64,000 bases of DNA from Candidatus Woesearchaeota archaeon (GTDB taxonomy: Archaea > Nanobdellota > Nanobdellia > Woesearchaeales > UBA10216). This document shows, piece after piece, positions 63,922-64,000 of the stretch. The stretch spans positions 83,582 to 147,581 of the forward strand of contig JACPBX010000003.1 of the NCBI GenBank assembly GCA_016180085.1. The letters run 5' to 3'. A program made the translations under genes and the position numbers. Every line of letters begins with the position of its first letter. The first letter of the stretch is position 1. The notes beneath the pieces were generated by a model that saw only the letters and a list, made by a program, of their open reading frames with translations, made no database searches and was not told the DNA's origin.

Positions 63922-64000
63922 ATGAATATGTCCAAGAGTGTGTTTGTTGTTCTTTTGATGTCGATTGTCAGCATGCTTGTTCTGGCTTCGTCAGCACTCG
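63922..64000 (+). CDS. 5' end of a secreted protein (signal peptide MNMSKSVFVVLLMSIVSMLVLASSAL..., truncated by the window)
   Basis: GGGGTGG RBS, upstream consensus promoter, classic n/h-region signal peptide. Confidence 0.6.
   Translation, partial: MNMSKSVFVVLLMSIVSMLVLASSAL

Noticed and set aside
1-64000. CRISPR arrays, rRNA, tRNA, transposases, integrases
   Set aside because: No repeat-spacer periodicity, no conserved rRNA/tRNA signatures, and no DDE, HUH or tyrosine-recombinase motifs seen in the ORFs.

Overview
Archaeal DNA, about 50% GC. The domain call rests on BRE/TATA promoters (CGAAA..TTTATATA), GGTGA/GGAGG ribosome-binding sites, an AglB oligosaccharyltransferase and a geranylgeranyl-reductase-family gene. 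A DPANN/Woesearchaeota-like compact genome is an inference only. About 60 kb is one dense, frequently strand-switching surface-glycosylation super-locus that ends at aglB. It contains: (i) nucleotide-sugar enzymes for unusual sugars, namely a dispersed heptose-type route (GmhA, a stand-alone PfkB/HldE-type kinase and a nucleotidyltransferase-GmhB fusion), two ThDP systems (a YerE/ALS-like enzyme and an E1alpha/E1beta pair with no E2/E3), a C-methyltransferase fused to a UDP-glucuronate-decarboxylase-like domain, a second C-methyltransferase, epimerases/dehydratases, a DegT aminotransferase and a cupin; (ii) six polyprenol-P-sugar-synthase-like GT2s, three GT4s and other GT-A proteins; (iii) three flippase types; and (iv) seven multi-TM GT-C-like proteins besides AglB. 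The most striking sequence-level oddities are a 448-aa LAGLIDADG intein inserted inside the catalytic EX7E motif of a GT4; two unexplained, highly structured ~140-nt intergenic elements (2542-2680 and 21782-21921); an ArsR regulator facing a mini-operon whose unannotated 40-aa product mimics the regulator's C-terminal tail; a stand-alone 6-TM half-MFS; and a Zn-ribbon/AbrB antitoxin-like gene with a putative toxin between aglB and the reductase. No rRNA, tRNA, CRISPR array or transposase was recognised. All family assignments come from motifs read by eye; no database search was run.
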